Assembly (NCBI GenBank): GCA_964412535.1
Contig: CAYPPF010000001.1
Span: 1 to 36,035 of the forward strand
Direction: 5' to 3'
DNA: 36,035 bases
Source of the DNA: an uncultured Gammaproteobacteria bacterium
GTDB lineage: Bacteria; Patescibacteriota; Patescibacteriia; Magasanikbacterales; UBA922
The notes under the pieces were generated by a model. The model was given only the letters and a program-made list of their open reading frames with translations. It was not told the origin of the DNA and searched no databases. Within the stretch, counting starts at the first letter, position 1. Every line of letters starts with the position of its first letter. This document shows, one piece after another, positions 35,375-36,035 of the stretch. Both the position numbers and the translations under genes were made by a program.

Positions 35375-36035
35375 ATGGAAAAAATACTAGTTGCAATGTC
35401 AGGAGGAGTGGACTCTTCAGTAGCCGCTGCCTTGTTACTGGAAAAAGGGTATGATGTTACCGGAGCTTTTATGATCAACTATGAAGAAGATTCTTCCGAC
35501 TGTTGGCTTTCTGACTACAGAGATGCAACACGAGTGGCTGCCAAACTAGGAATACAGTTACTCAAGCTCAACTTTACCAAAGAGTATGAAAGAGATGTAC
35601 TAGACTACATGTACAAGGAATATGAAAAGGGGATTACTCCCAATCCAGATGTACTATGCAACAAATATATTAAATTTGGAGCCTGGATGGAAAAAGCAAG
35701 AGAACTAGGATTCAGTAAACTAGCTACCGGACACTATGCTTCTACAAAAGATGGAAAGCTAATCATGGCTAAGGATGAAAACAAGGATCAAACATACTTC
35801 CTACATCAGTTAAACAAAGAGCAGCTTAGTCAAGCAATTTTTCCTTTAGGAGAGTTTACTAAAAAAGAAGTAAGGGAGTTAGCCAAGAAGTATGACCTTC
35901 CTACCGCAGAAAAGGAAGAAAGTATGGGTATCTGTTTTGTAGGAGAGGTAAATATGAAAGACTTCCTGCAAAAGAAAATAAAGTTAAAAAAAGGAAAGAT
36001 CGTAATGTCCAATGGAGAAGAAGTGGGAGAACACG
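35375..36035 (+). CDS. mnmA: tRNA 2-thiouridine(34) synthase MnmA, 5' part (runs off window; absent from ORF track)
   Basis: MEKILVAMSGGVDSSVAA, TPNPDVLCNKYIKFG, ATGHYA, KDQTYFL, ESMGICFVG. Confidence 0.96.
   Translation, partial: MEKILVAMSGGVDSSVAAALLLEKGYDVTGAFMINYEEDSSDCWLSDYRDATRVAAKLGIQLLKLNFTKEYERDVLDYMYKEYEKGITPNPDVLCNKYIKFGAWMEKARELGFSKLATGHYASTKDGKLIMAKDENKDQTYFLHQLNKEQLSQAIFPLGEFTKKEVRELAKKYDLPTAEKEESMGICFVGEVNMKDFLQKKIKLKKGKIVMSNGEEVGEH

Noticed and set aside
1-36035. TGA-to-Gly recoding (genetic code 25, as in Gracilibacteria)
   Set aside because: Genes are full-length under code 11 and TGA acts as a stop, e.g. ATGA overlaps at 17679-17682 and 25326-25329.
1-36035. CRISPR array, IS element, prophage or rRNA
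   Set aside because: No regularly spaced repeats, transposase, phage structural genes or rRNA-like sequence recognised.

Overview
AT-rich, densely coding bacterial chromosome segment. Gene content and style (MurE lacking its N-terminal domain, archaeal-type PEP carboxylase and PGI/PMI, mostly SD-less starts) suggest Patescibacteria/CPR; this is inference. Contents: 3' end of a translin/Trax-family gene, murE, ftsB, a PrsA-like PPIase, ftsEX, three tRNAs (Gly-CCC, Thr-CGT, Gln-TTG), VKOR/ATP-grasp/prohibitin genes, two large GT-C-like membrane proteins flanking a CDP-alcohol phosphotransferase, HIT and Nudix hydrolases, a rhamnose/surface-glycan set (rfbB, a eukaryote-like epimerase/reductase, four GT2s, long RmlA), ppcA, murA, proA-proB-proC and the 5' part of mnmA. 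No CRISPR array, integrase or transposase was seen. The standout is an unannotated 17-aa Pro-Pro leader peptide upstream of proA with mutually exclusive protector, antiterminator and terminator hairpins, i.e. an apparent ribosome-mediated attenuator of proline biosynthesis.
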